A stretch of DNA of 10,632 bases. It comes from a virus (lineage: Duplodnaviria > Heunggongvirae > Uroviricota > Caudoviricetes). Location: IMG/VR virus record IMGVR_UViG_2675903650_000012, positions 1 through 10,632 of that record, one strand, 5' to 3'. The notes under the pieces are model-generated. The model saw nothing but the letters and a program-made list of their open reading frames with translations, was not told the origin of the DNA and ran no database searches. The first letter of the stretch is position 1. Each line of letters opens with the position of its first letter. Position numbers and translations under genes: made by a program. Shown piece by piece: positions 1-6,430 of the stretch.

Positions 1-164
1 CCGGAAGTTACAGGACAATGGCAGGAGGAAAACTACAGCCCGCAATACGAAAAAGGCCACGCAGTTGCGCAGCCTTATGAATTCTGGTTAAAATCCATTC
101 GATTATAAAAATGTATATCTCATGCTGTTGCCCGAACCCACTCAGGCTTTTTTTTGCCCACAAG

Positions 165-395
165 AAAGCCCCTCCGGAGAGGGGCTAAAGCCGCGTATCT
201 GTATCATCATGCACATGGTGCCGGGTGCCTCCCGGTGAGTTCAGCCCGGTGCCACTAAACCCGCGTCATTCTCGTTTTGATAATCAGAAATTATACCGTC
301 ACCAGTCGCCCCTCCGCTCAGGGGGATTCACCATGCGAAATTTTTTTAACAAATGCCCAGTCTGACAGGCAACTGTCAACTTACTGAATTGTGAG
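165..395. repeat. Structured repeat module, copy A: GC hairpin (168..185), ~120-bp imperfect palindrome closed by catggtg/caccatg (214..336), and conserved downstream blocks
   Basis: Identical or near-identical blocks shared with copy B: aaagcccctccggagaggggct; catggtgccgggtgcctcccggtgagttcag; gcccctccgc(t/a)cagggggattcaccatgc; ttttaacaaa; ca(a/g)c(t/a)gtcaac; ctgaattgtgag. The sequence between blocks has diverged. Confidence 0.6.
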
Positions 396-430
396 CAACA
401 TAGCATTTAACGGGGAACCTGTTTTCTGCA

Positions 431-459
431 GTAAAAAGGCCCACCGGAGCGGATGGGCC
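431..459 (-). terminator. Candidate rho-independent terminator on the minus strand, between the two repeat modules
   Basis: Stem ggccca/tgggcc (438..443 / 454..459) with a 10-nt loop; on the minus strand the hairpin is followed by a run of five T (complement of A 433..437). Confidence 0.45.
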
Positions 460-651
460 TGGAAGGATAGCGGTCATGTGATGCCGGTTTCCCGGTAACT
501 CAGCACCGGTATCTGAGTCAACGTTTTCTCTACTGGGTCATTTCCGATACGCCCTGCCTGCTGACAGGCTTTCATCACATCTGAAAATATAGCACCCTGA
601 CTGATACTGTAGTACCCAAGGTTCCAGAAACTGTGATGTATCCGGCACAGA

Positions 652-878
652 AAAGCCCCTCCGGAGAGGGGCTGGAGAGTGGCGCTATGTGCCATTGCAT
701 GGTGCCGGGTGCCTCCCGGTGAGTTCAGTATCAGCACCTGAACCCGCACAGAAAGGATAAGGGTCGGTGACAAAACACCAGTTGCTGATTGCCCCTCCGC
801 ACAGGGGGATTCACCATGCCAGTTTCTTTTAACAAACTCCCCGCAAACCAGACAACAGTCAACCGCCTGAATTGTGAG
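652..878. repeat. Structured repeat module, copy B (paralog of 165..395): hairpin 655..672, palindromic core 698..819
   Basis: Same ordered conserved blocks as copy A with different intervening sequence; the gttcag...ctgaac hairpin is perfect here and has one mismatch in copy A. Confidence 0.6.
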
Positions 879-1002
879 GTATTTAAAAATTTCAACGGGT
901 AACTGATACCCTGCTAATCGCCTGATGCTTTCTTTTTCAGCAACGGGAAAGCAACAACCACCACACCCACCAGCCGCCCATTTACCACAAATAAAAAATC
1001 CT

Positions 1003-1200
1003 TCACTGCGGAAGGCGTCTGTAACAACCGAACTGATAGTCTGCCAGACCCGCCATAACCAGCTGGGTCAGTATTAACTGGCAGCGTTCGCGTGAAAGGT
1101 AAGTATTCTGCGCAATCTCCCCGACTGTCGCCGGTTCGGTGGCACTTAATTCATTAAACACCACTCTGGCGGTTTCTGTCATATCCTGCTGTTTTAGCAT
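1003..1200 (-). CDS. Small hypothetical protein (65 aa) with an HTH/winged-helix-like segment, downstream of Q
   Basis: Taken from the internal ATG (MLKQQDMTETARVV...) of the 1003..1293 ORF, preceded by a purine-rich gggaaaaagac; the upstream GTG start in the track lacks an RBS and would overlap the terminator region. The segment ATVGEIAQNTYLSRERCQLILTQLVMAGLA resembles a DNA-binding HTH. Confidence 0.45.
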   Translation of the reverse strand: MLKQQDMTETARVVFNELSATEPATVGEIAQNTYLSRERCQLILTQLVMAGLADYQFGCYRRLPQ

Positions 1201-1320
1201 GTCTTTTTCCCTTTTCCGGTTAACGTGACACACCAATAACTCTTGTCGAAAAAGCCAGCAAGCTGAAAGACCGGTATTCACCACCACCAGCACGTTTACT
1301 GTACTGATGCGATTTCAGTC

Positions 1321-1347
1321 ATAAAAAACCCGCCAGGCGGCGGGTTT
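1321..1347 (-). terminator. Strong intrinsic terminator directly downstream of Q (tR'-like position)
   Basis: Perfect 6-bp GC stem cccgcc/ggcggg (1329..1334 / 1339..1344) with a 4-nt loop; on the minus strand it is followed by six T (complement of A 1323..1328). It lies ~60 nt after the Q stop codon. Confidence 0.65.
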
Positions 1348-1404
1348 AAGTTGTGTGGCGTAGTAACCACTCTTAACATACTGACATACTTTTTGCGGAC
1401 CGCG

Positions 1405-1797
1405 CTAATCATTTTTTACTTTTTTGGGCAGCCAGTCGTCCATCTCCAGCCTTACACCCAGCATCGACAGACATCCGTCAATAAATCCTTCAGCAATCTG
1501 CATCTCAATTCGTATTGCCTTTTCGCTCTTCTTTCTTGTTCTGGCAATCTGCCTTTTTGATATGCGCAGCAGATAATGAGCTACCAGCAGCGAATACTCG
1601 TCCGGTTTTTTCTTCTTCAGGCGCGTAAGGCAGTTTTCGATGATAAGGCCGTCATCATCGCTGCAGGCCGGGCGAGGTTTAGCGGTGGATGGTAAAAGGC
1701 CTTTAAATCCAGCAGCTATCGGAGAATAGTCCACCCCGGCGTTACCACTTGCCGCCCATGCCCCCCAGCGTTCGAGAACCATCTGAATATCACGCAT
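1405..1797 (-). CDS. Q: Late-gene antitermination protein Q (QuuD/phage-21-type Q family)
   Basis: Translation from the ATG at 1797 (MRDIQMVLERWGAWAA ... RLEMDDW...), with GGAG 7-10 nt upstream; the track start at 1812 is a TTG. The N-terminus and the ~130-aa length match my memory of E. coli cryptic-prophage Q proteins (QuuD-like). It is the last gene of the nin-region operon. Confidence 0.7.
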   Translation of the reverse strand: MRDIQMVLERWGAWAASGNAGVDYSPIAAGFKGLLPSTAKPRPACSDDDGLIIENCLTRLKKKKPDEYSLLVAHYLLRISKRQIARTRKKSEKAIRIEMQIAEGFIDGCLSMLGVRLEMDDWLPKKVKND

Positions 1798-1814
1798 CAA
1801 CTTTCTCCACAAAA

Positions 1815-2810
1815 TCAGGACAGCACACCAATCGCCAGCGCGCGATCGATAAAACGAAATATCAGCTCCAGCTGGGAGCCATACTTCTCTTCAAATGCCA
1901 CGGTATCCGCATGCAGCTCGTCGTGATGCTTTCTGCACAAAGGCAACACAAAGAGGTCATGCGCTTTTGTAGCCATTCCACCCTGACCGTGACCTATCAG
2001 GTGGTGGGGATCATCAGCAGGCTTTCCACAACATGCGCACGGCTGCGTCTTAACCCAGCGCGTGTACTTTTCATTAACCCAGCGGCGACGTTTTGGGCGT
2101 AACATAAAAGACTCCGGCGACTCCGGATCCACTTTCAGCGCCAGCACCTTTTTCGCTTTATCCCGGATAATACTGGTGGCGGGAACCGAAGGCACAAGGT
2201 CACTTTCCCGGGTGACAGACGGCACAACCGTCTTCGGTAATCTCAGTACCTTACGGGCTGCACTTTCCGGTAAGGCATCCGCCAGGTCATTACGAATCAG
2301 CCACCAGCACAGTTCCGGCATTGTCACAACGTGACTGTCATCAAAACCGAGATCCCGACGCACAACAGACAACACCCAGCGGGCACAGTTATCCGTTGCC
2401 ATTGATTCCAGCCGTTCCGTGAACTGATCGCGCAGCTGGTTATCGCAGTGCCAGCACAGACGGATTGCGCCCGGAGCGTGTCGCATTGTGGTCATGTTCT
2501 CGCTGTGCCATCCGGAATGAGGCCACTGGCAGCCTTTTTCACGAAGTAACCAGCTTTCAAGACATTCCACGCCACCAGCACGACGGATCACTGCCTCATG
2601 GCGGAACACGGACCGAACGGCAGGATCATCCGCCAGCGGTTGTGATGCCGCCGGAACGGCACCACTGGCGAAAGATGAATAACGCTCCGGCTCAGGCTCC
2701 AGCAGGACACGCCCCTGCATAAACAGGGGCATCAGCTCTGAACCTGGCCTGAACAATACGATCCCCATACGCGGGGCAATTTCAGGGGTCAGTAGTGCTC
2801 TCACAGTCAC
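1815..2810 (-). CDS. DUF968-like phage protein (YdfU-like) with a C-terminal Cys/His zinc-finger or HNH-like motif
   Basis: 331-aa ORF; C-terminus CACCGKPADDPHHLIGHGQGGMATKAHDLFVLPLCRKHHDELH (C-x2-C ... HH ... C ... HH ... H). It sits immediately upstream of Q, as ydfU does in Qin-like prophages (from memory). Start uncertain: GTG at 2810 or GTG at 2804 behind a GAGG. Confidence 0.7.
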   Translation of the reverse strand: MTVRALLTPEIAPRMGIVLFRPGSELMPLFMQGRVLLEPEPERYSSFASGAVPAASQPLADDPAVRSVFRHEAVIRRAGGVECLESWLLREKGCQWPHSGWHSENMTTMRHAPGAIRLCWHCDNQLRDQFTERLESMATDNCARWVLSVVRRDLGFDDSHVVTMPELCWWLIRNDLADALPESAARKVLRLPKTVVPSVTRESDLVPSVPATSIIRDKAKKVLALKVDPESPESFMLRPKRRRWVNEKYTRWVKTQPCACCGKPADDPHHLIGHGQGGMATKAHDLFVLPLCRKHHDELHADTVAFEEKYGSQLELIFRFIDRALAIGVLS

Positions 2811-2811
2811 C

Positions 2812-3627
2812 TCAATGAACGGTATCGAGCAGCTTTAACAGCTCAGGAAATCGGGATTCGAAGAAATGCGGCTGCGTCTCGCGCGGATTTGCAGGACTGG
2901 TGATGTTCTTGCCGAACATGCAGCCTTTCGCGGTCAGCGACCAGAATTTTTTGATGTTGTTAATCGCGGTACGGCTGTATCGTTCGCGTTGTTCAACGAT
3001 CCCCAGCTTCGCCATCTGGTGATATGCCTGATTAGCCGTCAGGCGGATACCATACTGCTTCAGCAGTGCACTCAGCGACAGCGTAGGGCGGCTTGAACCA
3101 TCTGGCGCATCAGCAGGTGCATCAATGGCATAGATCGGCATAAGTTCAGGAAGACCAGCTACCTTTGATAATTTCTGGTATGCACCAAGTTTCGAGGAGT
3201 TTGACAGATTTAGAGTCTTTGCTGCTGATTCAAGCAGAATGACCCCGGATTTAATTTTGTCGGATGTGGTTTCTTCTGGTGATGAATTATGAAGCGCATC
3301 AAAAGTACGTATCACTTTTAAGCTGAATGCCGGGCTGATCCACATTGCATATGCATAGACCAGCTCTTTACAGACATACGTCCCACCATTGCGCCCCTGA
3401 ATGGTGATGACAGGAATACTACGGGAATCTCCCGTAGTTTCTTCTTCCAATAATTCCACAAGAGCCTTCGTTTCAGGACGACGCATAAACTCGTGAACTT
3501 CCAGCGAACGGGAGGAGCGATTCTCACCAGCGGCAAGAAGAGCAGCTTTCTGAAGGTCGTTAAGACAGTAGTTAGATTCGAAGTACTGGCGCACAGAAAC
3601 GCCATCAATTACAAGCAACTGATTCAT
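2812..3627 (-). CDS. KilA-N domain protein
   Basis: Translation from the ATG at 3627 (MNQLLVIDG...), with GGAG 7-10 nt upstream. KilA-N hallmark GGTYVCKELVYAYAMWISPAFSLKVIRTFD. The C-terminal half (from about residue 150) is a separate, unassigned region. Confidence 0.75.
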   Translation of the reverse strand: MNQLLVIDGVSVRQYFESNYCLNDLQKAALLAAGENRSSRSLEVHEFMRRPETKALVELLEEETTGDSRSIPVITIQGRNGGTYVCKELVYAYAMWISPAFSLKVIRTFDALHNSSPEETTSDKIKSGVILLESAAKTLNLSNSSKLGAYQKLSKVAGLPELMPIYAIDAPADAPDGSSRPTLSLSALLKQYGIRLTANQAYHQMAKLGIVEQRERYSRTAINNIKKFWSLTAKGCMFGKNITSPANPRETQPHFFESRFPELLKLLDTVH

Positions 3628-3724
3628 TGGTTTCTCCACAAATTTTTATCCACGAGCGGGACTGCACTCCCTTTTCGTTGATGCAGGATGAACTTACTGC
3701 GATTTTTAATAGTTATCAAGGATA

Positions 3725-3744
3725 CACTGTTCATAAATACAGTA
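3725..3744. promoter_or_regulatory. LexA-box-like palindrome (SOS-box candidate) upstream of the KilA-N/DUF968/Q genes
   Basis: CACTGTTCATAAATACAGTA: CTGT (3727..3730), an 8-nt AT-rich spacer, ACAG (3739..3742); 16 of 20 positions match the consensus TACTGTATATATATACAGTA as I recall it. Flanked by GATAC (3721..3725) and GTATC (3742..3746). Lies in the 160-bp gap between rusA and the KilA-N gene. Confidence 0.4.
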
Positions 3745-3789
3745 TCTTTAACGAGGTAATACCCAAATTTAGGGTGTTGCTCAATTCCG

Positions 3790-4185
3790 TTACCGAGTTG
3801 CTAATTTGCAACTCGCTTTTTCGTACTTACTGATAGTGATCTCGACCTTCCCTTCCGGGATAACCGGTCCCCACTCCACCAGCATTCTTTTCACCTGGCT
3901 GTCGTCTTCCCACACACCCGCGTGGGTCAGGGCGTCAAACAGCGCCTTGTTATAGTTGTCCAGATCGCGGATCCGGTTATCCGGAGGAAACAACACGATC
4001 TCCACTGAAGCAGGTGCCGACGTTGGTTTCGGCAGACGACGTAACTGCTCAACTATTGCTGCACACGCCGCGCTCTGGAATTTTCGCCCCGCCGCGCTTA
4101 TCAGGCTCTTACCAGCAAACGCCCCTTTGTTGGGGTGTCGCCAGTACGTGTTCACGCTGGGCGGAAAAGGCAGTATTAGCTTCAT
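3790..4185 (-). CDS. rusA: Crossover junction endodeoxyribonuclease RusA (Holliday junction resolvase)
   Basis: 131 aa; N-terminus MKLILPFPPSVNTYWRH resembles RusA (...LPWPPSNNRYYRH) and the catalytic-region motif RIRDLDNYNKALFDAL is present. The ATG overlaps the upstream stop (ATGA). Confidence 0.9.
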   Translation of the reverse strand: MKLILPFPPSVNTYWRHPNKGAFAGKSLISAAGRKFQSAACAAIVEQLRRLPKPTSAPASVEIVLFPPDNRIRDLDNYNKALFDALTHAGVWEDDSQVKRMLVEWGPVIPEGKVEITISKYEKASCKLATR

Positions 4186-4835
4186 GCCACCATCTCCCTG
4201 ACCAGTTTTTCCGCCTGCTGGCGAACCTGCGCCAGAAATGCCTCACCACATGCCTCAAGTTCATCGCGCCCGATGTAGCTGATTGCCGGTCCCTTCCAGG
4301 TCTTGTCGAAAACAGCAATAGCACCAGCGAAGAAAGCACCTGTTGGCACCTGCTTTTCGTCTTTCGGGATAAACCAGGCAGGCAGTTCAAAACCAATACG
4401 CCCGCGAATAAAAGCAATATGATCTGCATCTTCCGGCCACCACACTTCGCTGGTGGCAGCTTTGATCAGGAAAACATAGCGCCCGCCTTTATCACGCATG
4501 GCAGTGGCATGCTTCATGATGTAACGCATGCCGGTGATGTATTGCCCCTCATGCTGACTGGCGCGGCTGTACGGGGGATTGCCAAAGGCAGCACCTTTAA
4601 GCTCCGCAAGACGTTCTGACCAGTCATGCGCCAGCGCGTTGTCTTCCGCCGTGTAATACGCGGCACATTTGGCGTTATCACCGTCAGTGAACAGATCCAG
4701 AACAAACGGACCAAACAAGGTGTTAATTCCCCAGAAAATGTTATCCGGCGTGCGCCACTGATCTCCCACTTCCTTCAGTTCATGGGCTGGTTTATTCCGC
4801 AGTTCCACCAGCGCCTGGCAATATTTATTACTCAT
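4182..4835 (-). CDS. Phage DNA N6-adenine methyltransferase (Dam-type)
   Basis: 217 aa; NPPY catalytic motif (AAFGNPPYSRA); typical nin-region methylase of lambdoid phages. Start ATG overlaps the stop of the upstream 30-aa ORF (TAATG). Confidence 0.85.
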   Translation of the reverse strand: MSNKYCQALVELRNKPAHELKEVGDQWRTPDNIFWGINTLFGPFVLDLFTDGDNAKCAAYYTAEDNALAHDWSERLAELKGAAFGNPPYSRASQHEGQYITGMRYIMKHATAMRDKGGRYVFLIKAATSEVWWPEDADHIAFIRGRIGFELPAWFIPKDEKQVPTGAFFAGAIAVFDKTWKGPAISYIGRDELEACGEAFLAQVRQQAEKLVREMVA

Positions 4836-4927
4836 TAAGCCCCCACGTAAAAAGCATCCGCAATGTCTCCGGAAGTACAGCCAGGATGGGCTTCAATGAA
4901 TTTCTGAACTTCATTCAAAAGACTCAT
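4835..4927 (-). CDS. Small ORF (30 aa, MSLLNEVQKFIEAHPGCTSGDIADAFYVGA), hypothetical
   Basis: Not in the ORF track (too short). Strong SD AGGGGGTG 5 nt upstream of the ATG; its stop overlaps the methylase ATG (TAATG) and its start lies 2 nt after the O-like stop. Confidence 0.35.
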   Translation of the reverse strand: MSLLNEVQKFIEAHPGCTSGDIADAFYVGA

Positions 4928-4929
4928 GA

Positions 4930-5913
4930 TCACCCCCTGAATCCTGCCGGAATCTGGCTGTAGTCCACGTTGTCGTAACTGGCTTTGAAGTACGGGTCCT
5001 CGCGTCTGGCTGCAGATACCGCAGGAACTTCCCAGGATTCTTCGAAATGACGATCCGGACCAAAGAACGTCGACGCCTGCTTCACGAACTGGGTACCGGT
5101 ATTTCCAGAGACACGCACCCAGGCGGCATAGCGTTTCACACCGTCGAGCATGGTTTCGGGTGTCACACCTTCCCTGATTCGGGCTTTCCAGGCTTTAAAA
5201 GCGGCGGATTTTGAATTACCACCAGCACGTTTGGGATATTCCTGCCAGGCCTGTTCAAATTCCGGTGAATATTCCTGTCGGGCAGAACGCGCTGGCGCAG
5301 ACGCGTCAGCGGATGCATCAATAGTGTTTTTAGTCTCCGTTGTAATCTCTGTAGTAATCTCTGTATTTGTATCAACATTCAGCGTATCCCCTGTTCCGTT
5401 ATGACGTCGGGGGGTGTTCCGTTTTAACGTAATAGCTGTATCGCTGATTGCATTATTGCTGTTACTTTCTGGCGAAACAGAAGAAGGTGTGGTGATGGCC
5501 GCAATTGCCTGTGGGTTGATCCCGACAAACAAAATATTGCTGCATTTCACCCCATCGAGCATTTCCACCGTGCGTAAATCCAGAGTAATAAACCCTGCAT
5601 CGCGCAGACGCTTCAGCGCATCTGCGGTTTCCCTTTTCCCGAAACCAAACTGCTCAGCAAACGCCTGGTAGCTTCTTTGCAGTTTGTCGCCCTGAAAACG
5701 CTTGCGATATCCCAGCAACGCTCCGGTGTGCTCATCCCTGACCTCTGTCGGGCGGTACCAGTAAACGATCTCTGAAAGCAGAGCGATAGCCGTCGCATCC
5801 GGACGCCCACTGGGTAGTCGAATATATTTCCACCAGTTCGCAGGTGTAACATTGCCGGAAATATTAATTTGACCAATAGCCATAACTTCCGGTGTGGGGG
5901 CGTAACGGCTCAT
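4930..5913 (-). CDS. Phage replication initiator / replisome organizer (lambda O-like), with iterons inside the gene
   Basis: 327 aa; N-terminal region (...IVYWYRPTEVRDEHTGALLGYRKRFQGDKLQRSYQAFAEQFGFGKRETADALKRLRDAGFI...) resembles DnaD/replisome-organizer N-domains. A central linker (TEITTEITTETKNT, ASADASA) is encoded by direct DNA repeats, as ori-lambda lies within O. Confidence 0.65.
   Translation of the reverse strand: MSRYAPTPEVMAIGQINISGNVTPANWWKYIRLPSGRPDATAIALLSEIVYWYRPTEVRDEHTGALLGYRKRFQGDKLQRSYQAFAEQFGFGKRETADALKRLRDAGFITLDLRTVEMLDGVKCSNILFVGINPQAIAAITTPSSVSPESNSNNAISDTAITLKRNTPRRHNGTGDTLNVDTNTEITTEITTETKNTIDASADASAPARSARQEYSPEFEQAWQEYPKRAGGNSKSAAFKAWKARIREGVTPETMLDGVKRYAAWVRVSGNTGTQFVKQASTFFGPDRHFEESWEVPAVSAARREDPYFKASYDNVDYSQIPAGFRG
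5333..5380. repeat. Candidate origin iterons inside the O-like gene
   Basis: tagtctccgttg / taatctctgtag / taatctctgtat / ttgtatcaacat: tandem 12-bp units, with two exact gtaatctctgta copies at 5342..5353 and 5354..5365. Confidence 0.5.
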
Positions 5914-6209
5914 ACAACCTCCTTCCGCGGCATGAGAATTGTGTAGCCACGCGCAGGTTGTAGTCTGGCTTTTGCATCAATAGTAAGCGTTGCAATTTTT
6001 CGGATATGAAGATAACCAGCTCTTTCCAGTGCCAGGGTTTCCCTGAATATCGCTTGCTTAGAACAACAGCAGAAATCAGCAAGCACCTGATGATCAATAA
6101 CTCTCTCGCCTTCACCGTCTGAAGAACCCGACATCAAAACACGCAACATAATCAGGCGCTGAATCGGGTTATCGAAAGCACATCCGCACACAAACTGAAA
6201 ACAGTTCAC
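5910..6209 (-). CDS. Hypothetical protein (99 aa), translationally coupled to the O-like gene
   Basis: Stop overlaps the O-like ATG (ATGA at 5910..5913) and start overlaps the upstream stop (6206..6209). Cys-rich (CGC, CCC); a possible HTH at QAIFRETLALERAGYL. Confidence 0.5.
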   Translation of the reverse strand: MNCFQFVCGCAFDNPIQRLIMLRVLMSGSSDGEGERVIDHQVLADFCCCSKQAIFRETLALERAGYLHIRKIATLTIDAKARLQPARGYTILMPRKEVV

Positions 6210-6430
6210 GCCACACCTCCCAGACGCTTAAACATTTTTCCGGAGCAAAAGGCTATAAGCGGCATACTGATGCGGTAATTACGGCCCAGCGGTTCACAAA
6301 TCACCTTCTGACATTCACGGTCAACCAGGCTGACACGTAGAACATGCCCTGCAGGCGTGGTGTACCACTGACCAGGACGAGGACAACGGAAAGTCTGATT
6401 GGTAAACCGTTTGAAAATATTCCGGATCAT
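6206..6430 (-). CDS. Hypothetical protein (74 aa)
   Basis: ATGA overlaps with both neighbours; same strand and operon context. No family recognised. Confidence 0.45.
   Translation of the reverse strand: MIRNIFKRFTNQTFRCPRPGQWYTTPAGHVLRVSLVDRECQKVICEPLGRNYRISMPLIAFCSGKMFKRLGGVA

Noticed and set aside
1-108. Partial plus-strand CDS ending at 106..108 (...PEVTGQWQEENYSPQYEKGHAVAQPYEFWLKSIRL)
   Set aside because: Only 35 codons are visible; an open frame of that length is not statistically unusual and I recognise no family. It could be the end of a convergent flanking gene, but that cannot be supported from this window.
474-773. 99-aa minus-strand ORF from the track
   Set aside because: It runs through the conserved hairpin blocks of module B, has no RBS and no recognisable domain; most likely a chance frame over structured non-coding DNA.
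165-878. tRNA genes between Q and the late region (as ileZ/argN/argO in Stx-type phages)
   Set aside because: No GTTCRANYC T-loop motif on either strand; the candidate anticodon hairpin ccgg-gtgcctc-ccgg has a pyrimidine at position 37, and no cloverleaf can be drawn.
165-878. CRISPR array
   Set aside because: Only two copies of each block, ~490 bp apart, with several different conserved blocks rather than one short repeat alternating with spacers.
165-878. Type I toxin-antitoxin (hok/sok, ldr, ibs-like) in the repeat modules
   Set aside because: No conserved small hydrophobic ORF is shared by the two copies; the short frames present are hydrophilic or frameshifted between copies.
1351-1560. 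Plus-strand 69-aa ORF
   Set aside because: Antisense to the 3' end of Q and overlaps the terminator; low-complexity translation and no RBS.
1749-2810. Plus-strand ORFs 1749..2102, 2062..2334 and 2465..2722
   Set aside because: Shadow frames antisense to the DUF968-like and Q genes, which have motif support.
2866-3833. Plus-strand ORFs 2866..3096, 3493..3681, 3627..3833 and minus-strand 3318..3608
   Set aside because: They overlap the KilA-N gene in other frames, or span the intergenic gap, with no RBS and low-complexity products.
3956-4838. Plus-strand ORFs 3956..4201, 4014..4619 (201 aa), 4626..4838 and minus-strand 4109..4429, 4514..4714
   Set aside because: Antisense or alternative frames over the well-supported rusA and methyltransferase genes; Arg/Cys-rich translations typical of shadow frames.
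5150-6115. ORFs 5150..5404 (+), 5163..5378 (-), 5414..5671 (+), 5613..5876 (-), 5864..6115 (-)
   Set aside because: Alternative frames over the initiator gene and the coupled 99-aa gene; the iteron repeats produce repetitive shadow translations.
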